Source: Arachidicoccus sp. BS20 (GTDB lineage: Bacteria; Bacteroidota; Bacteroidia; Chitinophagales; Chitinophagaceae). From it: a DNA stretch of 64,000 nt. Location of the stretch: contig NZ_CP015971.1 of NCBI RefSeq assembly GCF_001659705.1, forward strand, positions 2,171,029 to 2,235,028. Reading direction: 5' to 3'. Under the pieces are notes generated by a model. That model worked only from the letters and a program-made list of their open reading frames with translations, was not told where the DNA came from and did not search any database. Positions within the stretch are counted from its first letter, which is position 1. Every line of letters begins with the position of its first letter. Position numbers and translations under genes: made by a program. This document shows positions 10,745 to 19,589 of the stretch, piece by piece.

Positions 10745-11137
10745 TTAGAAAATAAAAAAACTTAGTAAATAACTTATCGGTAATTTCTTTTTGGAAGTGG
10801 ATACAATTTTCGCAATAATCTTACTTATTTCATCCACCTTGTTTATAAGATTTTTACATTCGGGATATGATTGTGCATAATCACATAGCATTAACCAATA
10901 TTGCGTTTCGTCCGTTTCTTTAGCTGCAATTTTTATTTTGTGTATAAAATCGGCTTTACTTTCAGGATTCTGCGCTTCCATTATATTAGCGCCTATGGAA
11001 GTGCCGGATTTTAATAATTGCCTCGCAATCACATACTTTTTATTTGCCTCTAATTTTTCACAATAATCAATCACGAGCAAAGCAAATTCTATGGAATGCT
11101 TAACTATCGGATTATTTTCAATCAATTCTTTTCGCAT
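10745..11137 (-). CDS. Four-helix-bundle protein (TIGR02436, the so-called 23S rRNA intervening-sequence protein family)
   Basis: 130 aa with a [11 protein letters not shown] core and predicted helical repeats. Paralogous to the ORF at 26000-26350. Confidence 0.75.
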   Translation of the reverse strand: MRKELIENNPIVKHSIEFALLVIDYCEKLEANKKYVIARQLLKSGTSIGANIMEAQNPESKADFIHKIKIAAKETDETQYWLMLCDYAQSYPECKNLINKVDEISKIIAKIVSTSKKKLPISYLLSFFIF

Positions 11138-11210
11138 ACAGTGATTATTGTACTATGAAACAGAAGAGCAATTTGCACATTTGCATATTAGCTAATTTGC
11201 AAATTTCAAA

Positions 11211-11693
11211 TTAATTCGGCTCTACCAGAAACAAAGGCTGGTCGTATTCTACCGGCGAAGCGTCGTCCACCAACACTTTTACAATTGTTCCGCTTACTTC
11301 GCTTTCTATTTCGTTGAAGAGTTTCATTGCTTCGATGATGCACACGGTTTGTCCCGCTTTTACTTCTTGTCCCACGTCTGCCAGCAAAGGCTTGTCGGGC
11401 GAAGCACGACGATAAAATGTACCAATCATTGGGCTTTTTATCGTTATAAAATTATCGTCTGATTTTGCCGGAGCAGAAGCGGTTGTTGGAGTTGCAGCCG
11501 GCGTTGATGGCAAACTTACTGTTGGCGCTGCCTGCGGCAATTGTTGCGGAAGCGGCTGCGGATTCACAAAAGTCTGAACGTACTCTTTCTTTTGTTTAAT
11601 GGTAATTTTGAAATCCTTTTCTTCGATAGACAATTCGCCGATGTTGCTCTTGTTAATTGTCTTTATCAATTCCTGAATTTGCTTATAATCCAT
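11211..11693 (-). CDS. accB: Biotin carboxyl carrier protein of acetyl-CoA carboxylase
   Basis: C-terminal biotinyl domain with EAMKLFNEIESE and a Pro/Ala-rich linker. Confidence 0.85.
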   Translation of the reverse strand: MDYKQIQELIKTINKSNIGELSIEEKDFKITIKQKKEYVQTFVNPQPLPQQLPQAAPTVSLPSTPAATPTTASAPAKSDDNFITIKSPMIGTFYRRASPDKPLLADVGQEVKAGQTVCIIEAMKLFNEIESEVSGTIVKVLVDDASPVEYDQPLFLVEPN

Positions 11694-11746
11694 TTTGTTG
11701 AATTAATTATTAAATAATTAAAAATTTGAATAGTGGTGTAAGATAA

Positions 11747-11932
11747 TCAATTTTGTTTTTGCTGTAATTCTTTTTGTTCCAATTGCATTTTAAACATCCT
11801 CTCTTTCGATTCCAACCAAGGATTGAAAAACATTATTTTTATCATCGCAAAAACAACATATAAAACAAACAGAATGAGTAATGCAATTACAATATATGTA
11901 AGCAAAGCAATTGAAAAAAAAGAAAAGCCCAT
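11747..11932 (-). CDS. Possible small single-pass membrane protein (61 aa) between efp and accB
   Basis: One long hydrophobic segment followed by a charged, Gln/Lys-rich tail. No homology evidence. Confidence 0.25.
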   Translation of the reverse strand: MGFSFFSIALLTYIVIALLILFVLYVVFAMIKIMFFNPWLESKERMFKMQLEQKELQQKQN

Positions 11933-11957
11933 AGCCTTATTTATTTAAGAATGAAAA

Positions 11958-12524
11958 TTATTCTTTTACTCTTTCCACATAATCGCCTGTCTTCGTATTG
12001 ATGCGAATTAACTCGCCATCGTTCACGAACAAAGGAACATTCACGGTTGCGCCAGTTTCCACAGTTGCGGGTTTTGTTGCGCGCGTTGCCGTATCGCCTT
12101 TCAAACCCGGTTCGCAATAAGTAATTTGCAACACCACTTTTTCGGGAAGTTCTGCACCAATGGGTTGTTCGGTTTCAGTATTGATATAAACAAATATCTC
12201 GCTGCCGTCTTTGAGAAATTGCGGTGCGTCAATCATTTCTTCTGCCAAAGCAATTTGTTCGAAAGTCTCATTATTCATCAGGTTGTAACCTGTTTCATCT
12301 TTATATAAATATTGATAAGTATGCTTTTCCACACGCACAGGAAAAACAGTTTCGCCGCTATTCCATGTTTTTTCAATCGTGCGGTTGTTGTCCACGCCTT
12401 TGAGCTTTGCCCACACTTTTGCCGCAGCGCGGGCTGTTTTATTTTCGCCAAATTCTACTACGGAATACAAATTACCGTCCAGTTTCAAAATCATTCCGCG
12501 ACTGATATCTGATGTTGTTGCCAT
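11958..12524 (-). CDS. efp: Translation elongation factor P
   Basis: MATTSDISRGMILKLDGNLY N-terminus, three-domain length of 188 aa. Confidence 0.9.
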   Translation of the reverse strand: MATTSDISRGMILKLDGNLYSVVEFGENKTARAAAKVWAKLKGVDNNRTIEKTWNSGETVFPVRVEKHTYQYLYKDETGYNLMNNETFEQIALAEEMIDAPQFLKDGSEIFVYINTETEQPIGAELPEKVVLQITYCEPGLKGDTATRATKPATVETGATVNVPLFVNDGELIRINTKTGDYVERVKE

Positions 12525-12846
12525 AAAAAATGCTACTTAAATATTTCGTTTTTTAGTTGATAAGAGCGACAAAAGTAATGATATTTATAAAATACGCGCA
12601 AAAACGGCGGAAATGTTGAGATTTTGCAATAAACCATATAAATACATAGTTTGTATTTTAGAAAAAATCAATGGCGTTGAGTATATAAACAGCTAAGGAA
12701 TCATAGCATTTTCATCTTCGATGAAAATTTCTTTGTGAAACTATCTTTGTCTTTCAGCTATGTAAAATCAATTTTTCTATGTGGTTTAATTTTTGCTTTT
12801 AAATTTAGTTTTTATTCAATAAAATTTCTGAAATAAAAATCTACTT

Positions 12847-13611
12847 TTGAAAATTATGAAAAAATATTTCTCATTCATACTCCTATCATTCTTCACAAAG
12901 GCAATAATGGCGCAAGCGCCCATAGCAGAACAGTTAGGCGTTTCCCCTGCATTAACCAGTGAATTATTGGTTAAAGAAGATTCGCTGCGCAACCAGTTTG
13001 CACGAAAAGGTTTGATTTGGCCCGCGCGCGAAGTGTATATCCGTTCGTTTAAATACGACAGTAAAATGGAAGTGTGGGTGCGCAACAACAGTAATGAAAA
13101 ATTTCAGTTGTTCAAAACTTATAAAGTGTGCGTAATGGCAGGCGCTATAGGACCGAAAAGAGTTGAAGGCGATTACCAGGTGCCGGAAGGTTTTTACTAT
13201 ATATCCGGATTTAATCCGCGCAGCGAATATCATTTGAGCTTAAAGATGAATTATCCGAATGAATCGGATAAAATTCTCAGCGACCCTACGCATCCAGGCG
13301 ACGGTATTTATATTCACGGCGACTGTGTTTCTGTCGGCTGTATTCCTTTGGAAAATGAGCAGATTGATGAAGTATATTTAATTGCTTCCGCTGCACGGCT
13401 GAACGGCGAAACTTATGTGCCGTTGCATGTGTTTCCTATTCGTTTCGACAATAGAAAAAGCCTTGCATACTACACTAAATATTCTTACGACAACATTGAA
13501 TTGCAGCATTTTACCTCTTCGCTGAAACCTGTATATGATTACTTTGAAGCAAATAGAAAATTACCATTAATAGGCATTTTGAAGAACGGAGATTATGAAG
13601 TGATGAATTAA
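12847..13611 (+). CDS. Secreted L,D-transpeptidase-like (YkuD fold) protein
   Basis: Signal peptide and IHGDCVSVGCIPL, which resembles the His...Ser-x-Gly-Cys catalytic motif. Confidence 0.5.
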   Translation: MKIMKKYFSFILLSFFTKAIMAQAPIAEQLGVSPALTSELLVKEDSLRNQFARKGLIWPAREVYIRSFKYDSKMEVWVRNNSNEKFQLFKTYKVCVMAGAIGPKRVEGDYQVPEGFYYISGFNPRSEYHLSLKMNYPNESDKILSDPTHPGDGIYIHGDCVSVGCIPLENEQIDEVYLIASAARLNGETYVPLHVFPIRFDNRKSLAYYTKYSYDNIELQHFTSSLKPVYDYFEANRKLPLIGILKNGDYEVMN

Positions 13612-13667
13612 ATTTATTGCCACAGATGCACGGATGAGTTTTTATCTGTGCATCTGTGGCAAACATT

Positions 13668-14882
13668 CTAATCAATCTTTGGAACAAAAGCCTTAAACGC
13701 AGTTCCTTCCGTTTCGGAATGAATGGTATATTTTGTTTCAGGCAAAATAAACGCTGCTTCGCCATGAAACAACGTTAATGTTTTGTCCTCGTGTTGAAAA
13801 GAAATTTCGCCTTCCGTTACAATAATAATCTCCGCCGAAAAGCTTGTGTTTTCAATACTTTCAGAAGATGATAATTCAATTTTTGAAATACCGAAATCGG
13901 GGACAGGACAAGGATAATTTTTCTCATGATTAAGCAATAGTTCTCCTTTCATTACATTCGGAATAACACCTTCAAATTTCGTGTGTTTCAGCAATTCGGG
14001 AACATCAATATGTTTCGGCGTTAATCCGCCACGAAGCACGTTGTCGCTGTTCGCCATCAGTTCCACATTTTGTCCTTCCATGTATGCGTGCGGAATGCCG
14101 GCGCCCTGAAAGATTGCTTCGCCCGGCAATGCCTTTACAATGTTGAAAAAATAGATTGAAAAAATACCTCTGTCAATATTGACTAATTCTTTAGTCTGGG
14201 CGTATTCATACACACGGCGAACCCAAAATCCGGGTTGTGATTTGTCGGAAGAATTGTTTGCTAATTCTCTTTCAACCAAAGGCTGTAATATTGAATCTAC
14301 CTGCGTTTGCGGCAATTCCATTACATATTTGTACAAGCCTTTATAACTTTCTTTTTCAAAAACAGGAACAAGCGTTTCAAACTCGGGCACGGATTTTAAA
14401 ACAGTTGATAATTTTTCTTTTTCCAAAAAACCGTGCAACAACCAAAACTCGCTCAATGCCACCATCACTTCGGGCTTGTGATTGCGGTCTTTATAATTTC
14501 TTGCTTTGTCTGTAATTAAAATTCCTGCGGCTTCTTCCGCGTCAAAGCCTTTCTCTGCTTCGGTTTTGGAAGGATGAACCTGTATGGACAATAATTCTCT
14601 CACGTCCAAAATTTTAAACAAATAAGGCAATTCCCCAAAGCGTTGCTCCACTTTTTCGCCGATAAATACTTTTGGATTTTTATTGATTTCGTCATTCAAC
14701 GAAACTTCTTTTCCATCAACTAAAATTTTAGATGAAGCCGATGGATGCGCGCCCATCCAATATTCCGCAACGGGCTTATGGTCCGGGTTTTCGACATTTA
14801 ATAATCGCGGAATAAAATCGTAGCCGCCCCAAGCATAATTTTGAATTTTTCCCTTCAGTAAAAAAATTTTATCTTGATTCAT
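13668..14882 (-). CDS. manA: Mannose-6-phosphate isomerase, class I
   Basis: N-terminal GKIQNYAWGG...YWMGAHP motif and typical length. Confidence 0.8.
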   Translation of the reverse strand: MNQDKIFLLKGKIQNYAWGGYDFIPRLLNVENPDHKPVAEYWMGAHPSASSKILVDGKEVSLNDEINKNPKVFIGEKVEQRFGELPYLFKILDVRELLSIQVHPSKTEAEKGFDAEEAAGILITDKARNYKDRNHKPEVMVALSEFWLLHGFLEKEKLSTVLKSVPEFETLVPVFEKESYKGLYKYVMELPQTQVDSILQPLVERELANNSSDKSQPGFWVRRVYEYAQTKELVNIDRGIFSIYFFNIVKALPGEAIFQGAGIPHAYMEGQNVELMANSDNVLRGGLTPKHIDVPELLKHTKFEGVIPNVMKGELLLNHEKNYPCPVPDFGISKIELSSSESIENTSFSAEIIIVTEGEISFQHEDKTLTLFHGEAAFILPETKYTIHSETEGTAFKAFVPKID

Positions 14883-14920
14883 CGATTGTAAAAATTATTT
14901 TCGGGCAAGTTAATTAAAGA

Positions 14921-15277
14921 TTGATGCACAACAAAAATGTAGGCGATAAAGGCGAAAATTTAGCAACTGTTTATCTCGAAAAACTGGGATACAAAATCTT
15001 GTATCGCAACTGGCGATTCAAATTTGTGGAGATTGATATTATTGCATCGAAAGAAAATGTTTTACACTTTATAGAAGTGAAAACCCGCACGGGCGCTGCG
15101 TTTGGTCGTCCGGAAGAAGCCGTTACAAAAAAGAAAATGGAACAGATGAAGCTTGGCGCAGAAGAATTTCAATACAGAAATCCTCAATGGAAACGAGTGC
15201 AGTTTGATGTTTTGGCAATAAGAATTTTTAATGATGGAAATATGGAATATTGGTTGAATAAAGATGTGTATTTTTAA
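14921..15277 (+). CDS. YraN family (UPF0102) putative endonuclease
   Basis: GE-x-A-x-YL...EIDIIA...HFIEVKTR pattern, 118 aa. Confidence 0.7.
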   Translation: MMHNKNVGDKGENLATVYLEKLGYKILYRNWRFKFVEIDIIASKENVLHFIEVKTRTGAAFGRPEEAVTKKKMEQMKLGAEEFQYRNPQWKRVQFDVLAIRIFNDGNMEYWLNKDVYF

Positions 15278-15452
15278 ACTTTATTTCATGCGAAAATAAC
15301 TTCGCTGTTCGTGATTTGCAATCGCGAACTGTTATCTGTGCATTTGTAATGCACAATATTTGCGAATTAAAAATTCGCCGATAGGACTTCGGAATTGCAA
15401 ATTCCGAAGAGCAGAAATCCGAAATGTATCTTTATTTTTTAAAACAAATATC

Positions 15453-16346
15453 ATGTTCGATTTTCGTTTACAGGTTTTTCATACTGTTGCAAAACGTCTG
15501 AGTTTTACCAAAGCTGCGGAAGAATTATTTATTACGCAACCTGCGGTTACAAAACACATTCGCGAAATTGAGCATCAATACAAAGTCCAGCTGTTTGAAC
15601 GAAGCGGCAACAATATTTCTTTGACGAACGCAGGCGAATTGTTGCTGCAATACACCGAAAAAATTTTTGAAATTTACCGCAACATTGAGTTCGACCTAAA
15701 CGAGCTGAAACAACAACACAAAGGCAAGCTGCGTATTGGTGCAAGCACAACCGTTGCACAATATATTTTGCCGCCGCTACTCGCAAATTTTCATAATAAA
15801 TTCAAAGACATAAAAGTCTCTTTGTTTACCGAAAACACACAACAAATCGAGAAAGCACTGGAACAAAAAGAAATTGATTTCGGCATTATCGAAGGTAAAT
15901 CAAAAAACAAAAATTTCAAATACACACAGTTTACAAAAGACGAACTCGTATTGATTGCATCGGCAAATCATCCTTTGACAAAAAGAAATTTTATAAAAAC
16001 TGAGGAATTGCTGAAAGTCCCGCTGTTGCTGCGCGAGCAGGGTTCAGGGACTTTGGAAGTTGTCAACGATGCGCTTAAAAAAGCAGGCATCAAAATCTCG
16101 CAATTGCAGGTGGAAATGCGCATGAACAGCTCGGAAAGCATCAAAGGTTACTTGCTTAATTCTAATTGTTTGTCGTTTCTTTCCATCCATTCAGTTTTAA
16201 AAGAATTGGAAAATAATGAACTTGCCGTAATTGATGTAAAAGGCTTGAACATTGAACGATATTTTTATATCATTCATCCGCATGGCGAACCGGACGGCTT
16301 ATCGGATTTGTTTATAAAATTCGCACTTCACTATAACTTTAAGTAA
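15453..16346 (+). CDS. LysR-family transcriptional regulator (YeiE-like)
   Basis: N-terminal HTH FHTVAKRLSFTKAAEELFITQPAVTKHIREIE. Start at MFDFRL (15453). Confidence 0.8.
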   Translation: MFDFRLQVFHTVAKRLSFTKAAEELFITQPAVTKHIREIEHQYKVQLFERSGNNISLTNAGELLLQYTEKIFEIYRNIEFDLNELKQQHKGKLRIGASTTVAQYILPPLLANFHNKFKDIKVSLFTENTQQIEKALEQKEIDFGIIEGKSKNKNFKYTQFTKDELVLIASANHPLTKRNFIKTEELLKVPLLLREQGSGTLEVVNDALKKAGIKISQLQVEMRMNSSESIKGYLLNSNCLSFLSIHSVLKELENNELAVIDVKGLNIERYFYIIHPHGEPDGLSDLFIKFALHYNFK

Positions 16347-16415
16347 TGACTTATTATTAATAGTCATTTCGTTTTTGCGATTTATCGTAACAACTTTGCA
16401 GTTCAAAAGTTAGTT

Positions 16416-17387
16416 ATGAAAAAAATAATCGCACAAGAAAATCGTTTTAATACGTTATTAAACAAAAGCATTACCACACGGGAAATTATTTTCATTATCG
16501 CTGTGGTATTGTGTCTTTCTCCTTTTGTATCGCCGCCTGTTGCATTGCTGCTCGGCTTTGGAATTGCGCAATTTATCGGGCATCCGTATATGCATCTCAA
16601 TCATAAAGCTACACACATTTTATTACAGATTTCTGTTGTGGGGTTGGGTTTCGGCATGAACGTGAACAGCGCATTGAAAGCCGGAAAAGAAGGAATTATG
16701 TTTACGATTGTTTCCATTTTCGGCACATTGATTTTAGGATTTATTGCAGGTAAAGTTTTGAAGATTGATAAGAAAACTTCTTACCTCATTTCCGCCGGAA
16801 CAGCCATTTGCGGCGGCAGCGCCATTGCAGCAGTTTCGCCGGTTATCAAAGCAAAAGAAAATCAAACTTCTGTTGCGCTGGGCGTTGTGTTCATCCTCAA
16901 TTCCGTTGCGTTGTTCTTATTTCCATTCATAGGTCATAAATTAAATTTATCGCAGACTCAGTTCGGATTGTGGTGCGCTATTGCCATACACGACACAAGT
17001 TCCGTTGTAGGCGCTGCAAGTAAATACGGCAATCAGGCTTTGGAAATCGCCACCACCGTTAAGCTGGCACGTGCATTGTGGATTATTCCTGTTGCATTTG
17101 CTTCTACATTCTTATTCAAGTCAAAAGACGTAAAAGTAAAAATTCCTTACTTCATCGGATTGTTTGTGGTGGCAATGCTGGCAAACACTTTTGTTCCATT
17201 AGTACAGAAAATAAGTCCGTATATAGTTACAATTTCTAAGTCGGGACTGACATTGACTTTGTTTCTGATTGGTTGCGGATTGTCTTCCAAAGTATTAAAA
17301 TCTGTTGGTGTAAAACCCTTGATACAAGGTATTTTTCTTTGGATAATTATTTCTGTTGCAGCGTTGAGTGCGGTAATGTATTTATAA
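16416..17387 (+). CDS. YeiH/UPF0324-family membrane protein (putative sulfate exporter family)
   Basis: Polytopic membrane protein of the expected size. Its adjacency to a LysR gene mirrors the E. coli yeiE-yeiH arrangement. Confidence 0.75.
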   Translation: MKKIIAQENRFNTLLNKSITTREIIFIIAVVLCLSPFVSPPVALLLGFGIAQFIGHPYMHLNHKATHILLQISVVGLGFGMNVNSALKAGKEGIMFTIVSIFGTLILGFIAGKVLKIDKKTSYLISAGTAICGGSAIAAVSPVIKAKENQTSVALGVVFILNSVALFLFPFIGHKLNLSQTQFGLWCAIAIHDTSSVVGAASKYGNQALEIATTVKLARALWIIPVAFASTFLFKSKDVKVKIPYFIGLFVVAMLANTFVPLVQKISPYIVTISKSGLTLTLFLIGCGLSSKVLKSVGVKPLIQGIFLWIIISVAALSAVMYL

Positions 17388-17470
17388 TTTTTCACACAGA
17401 GTTTACGGAGCAATCGAGACATAAAGTAATAAAATTCTCTGCCTTATTTTCTTAGTATCCTCTGTGTGAA
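17388..17470. repeat. CACAGAG/CTCTGTG palindromic intergenic element, copy A, with perfect 11-bp terminal inverted repeats TTCACACAGAG/CTCTGTGTGAA
   Basis: Read directly from the YeiH/YkgJ convergent spacer. Confidence 0.6.
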
Positions 17471-17472
17471 AT

Positions 17473-17976
17473 TTACACTTTTACTCTTTCTTTCAGCAAC
17501 TCCACAAACTTTAAAGTTGCAGGACAATACTCGATATTTTGTTTGTGAATATGTAAATAATCAACTGCTTTTTTCTTTGCCAAGTGCGGGAAACCTGCGC
17601 AGTCTGCAGGTCTTACTTCATAAATGGTGCACATATTTGTCTTCAAATCAAGGAACTGGCAAGGCTGTGAAACGTTTACCCAATCTGTTTCACCTTTCTC
17701 TTGTTTGAGCCATTTTTCTTTAAATGCTTTGGGACTCACGCGTAGATGTGAAGCAATACGCTTAATGTCTTGCGACGTAAAAGTGGGTGTCATTTTCTTG
17801 CAACAATTGGCACAGGAAAGACAATCAATTTCTTTCCAGACTTCTTTGTCCGTTTCAGCCGTAATGTTGTCAATGCCTCGCGGGATATTGTTTTCAAGCT
17901 TTGTGATATAGCTTCTGTACGATTGTCGTTTTTGCTCAAATTCGGCTTTGAATTTTTTGAAATTGATGGGTGGCAT
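17473..17976 (-). CDS. YkgJ-family Zn/Fe-S cysteine-cluster protein
   Basis: CxxCxxCC cluster (LSCANCCKK) plus additional Cys. The start codon is uncertain; a GTG at 17994 would make the longer form. Confidence 0.6.
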   Translation of the reverse strand: MPPINFKKFKAEFEQKRQSYRSYITKLENNIPRGIDNITAETDKEVWKEIDCLSCANCCKKMTPTFTSQDIKRIASHLRVSPKAFKEKWLKQEKGETDWVNVSQPCQFLDLKTNMCTIYEVRPADCAGFPHLAKKKAVDYLHIHKQNIEYCPATLKFVELLKERVKV

Positions 17977-17994
17977 AGTGCAATTGCTATACAC

Positions 17995-18765
17995 TTACAA
18001 AAAACGAATTTGTAAGTTTAGTTTAAAATAAAGTTGCTCATTATCTTTATAGACTGTTCCAAATTCGTGTCGTGTGCTACTCGCTGTTTCCAGTTTTGTG
18101 TTTGCATATAGATAATCTTCAAACTCGTTTCGGTTGTAAATATGATAACATAAAATTTCTCCGTTATCTTTTACAACTAAATGGCCGCCTGTCCCATCGA
18201 GTTCGCCTGTCCAAACCTTTGACGGCATCATTCCTAAAGCAATGTCCGTCAGAAAATGTTTGATTTTGTACGAATAAAACAGATGATGATTTGCCAAGTT
18301 GTACCCAAGCGGATTTGCTTTTGAAATTTCGGCAACCAAGTCCGAAATTTTGGAATGAGGAGAAGTGAAGAACAAAAATAAAATTTCTGAAACAATTTTT
18401 GGTAAAGCACTGTCAATTAAAACAAGATTGTTTTCAAAGACAGAACTCTCGGTATTTTCAAACTGTAATTTTCCTTTGAGTTCTTTTAGCTTTTCAATAC
18501 GGTCTTTGATTTTACTTTTGGTGTTTATTGCATTGATTTCCGCAATCTGCTTTGACGTCAAATTCAACTCATTTATTTTGTAAATGAAGTTGGTTGTTTT
18601 CCCTGCGTTCAACAAAGTTGAAGCGCTGCCAAGTTGAGATTTTATACTAAAACCGAGTTCTTCTGACTGGTTGTAAAATTCATCTTTAGAAAATGTAATT
18701 TCCCTATCCAAATCTGCAACGACGGCTTTATTTTCTACAAATGAATATGTAAAAAGCGAACTCAT
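17995..18765 (-). CDS. Hypothetical protein, possibly nuclease-like, translationally coupled to the upstream HNH endonuclease
   Basis: Overlaps the HNH gene by 4 bp (ATGA) and is AT-rich. A motif ELD...HLVVKD faintly resembles PD-(D/E)xK, and the segment GFSIKSQLGSASTLLNAGKTTNF is reminiscent, from memory only, of HpaII-type endonucleases. None of this is verified. Confidence 0.4.
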   Translation of the reverse strand: MSSLFTYSFVENKAVVADLDREITFSKDEFYNQSEELGFSIKSQLGSASTLLNAGKTTNFIYKINELNLTSKQIAEINAINTKSKIKDRIEKLKELKGKLQFENTESSVFENNLVLIDSALPKIVSEILFLFFTSPHSKISDLVAEISKANPLGYNLANHHLFYSYKIKHFLTDIALGMMPSKVWTGELDGTGGHLVVKDNGEILCYHIYNRNEFEDYLYANTKLETASSTRHEFGTVYKDNEQLYFKLNLQIRFL

Positions 18766-19553
18766 TTTTTAAAAATTATTTGATAGTGATAATCTAAAAA
18801 CTCTTTTGACGGTAGAAATCTTTCAGGTAAATTGATTTTTTGATTTTCATATTTTTTGAAAAAATCGCTTACCACTTGTTCATTTGAATAGCTATCAAAA
18901 AATTTAGAAACTAAAATTTTGTATTCGGGCGTAACCGTAATATAACCTTTGTCAAAAGCTTTGTCGTGAATAGAATTTAAGCATAAACCATTGTGCGGAT
19001 TTATTCTGTTCTCCTTATCTTTCGCCCAAGGTTTTATATGACTTGCTACCAGAAAATCAGAAATAGACAAACCTGTGATACAACATTTCAAATTGTATGA
19101 AGATAAAATCGTGCTTCTGAAAAAACTTTGATTTACTCTTGTTTTGATTATTGTTTCTCGTTCTTTTCCTTCGGGCAACTCCGTCAAATCTATTTCCTCT
19201 ATTTCCTCAACTTTCTTATTTTGAAATTTCGCAATTAAGACTTCGCTTTCAAAAGCAAGTTTTTCCCAATTTCCATTAAATTCATTCCAAATATCTTCCT
19301 CTAATTTACTTCCATTTATTAAACCTGTAATTCCTTGTTTCTTTAATTCAGGGTCAAGTCGTCCAAAGTTTCCAATTTTCATATTAAGAGCAGAAGGCGA
19401 ACGTCCAAGTATGTTTGCGTATTTTATGATAGTTGGATTGTTTTTGCTACTACTTTTGAAAGGAACTTTGCAATAAACATTAAAAGCAATTATAGTTTCG
19501 TCCCTTGTCCAATTATTACTTTTTGCCATTGTCTTAAAATTTCCTCTGTTCAC
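18762..19553 (-). CDS. HNH endonuclease (HNH_2/PF13391-like) with an N-terminal domain of unknown function
   Basis: CCITG...SHIKPW...NRINPHNGLCLNSIHDKAFDKGYIT is the canonical restriction-type HNH motif. Confidence 0.65.
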   Translation of the reverse strand: MNRGNFKTMAKSNNWTRDETIIAFNVYCKVPFKSSSKNNPTIIKYANILGRSPSALNMKIGNFGRLDPELKKQGITGLINGSKLEEDIWNEFNGNWEKLAFESEVLIAKFQNKKVEEIEEIDLTELPEGKERETIIKTRVNQSFFRSTILSSYNLKCCITGLSISDFLVASHIKPWAKDKENRINPHNGLCLNSIHDKAFDKGYITVTPEYKILVSKFFDSYSNEQVVSDFFKKYENQKINLPERFLPSKEFLDYHYQIIFKK

Positions 19554-19589
19554 AAACTTACATTTTATTCAAATAACTTTACAACAATT

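Noticed and set aside
17977-17994. GTG-initiated longer form of ykgJ abutting the stop codon of the upstream nuclease-partner gene
   Set aside because: The downstream ATG (MPPINFKKF) gives a more conventional start. The choice is uncertain, and the longer form is kept only as an alternative.
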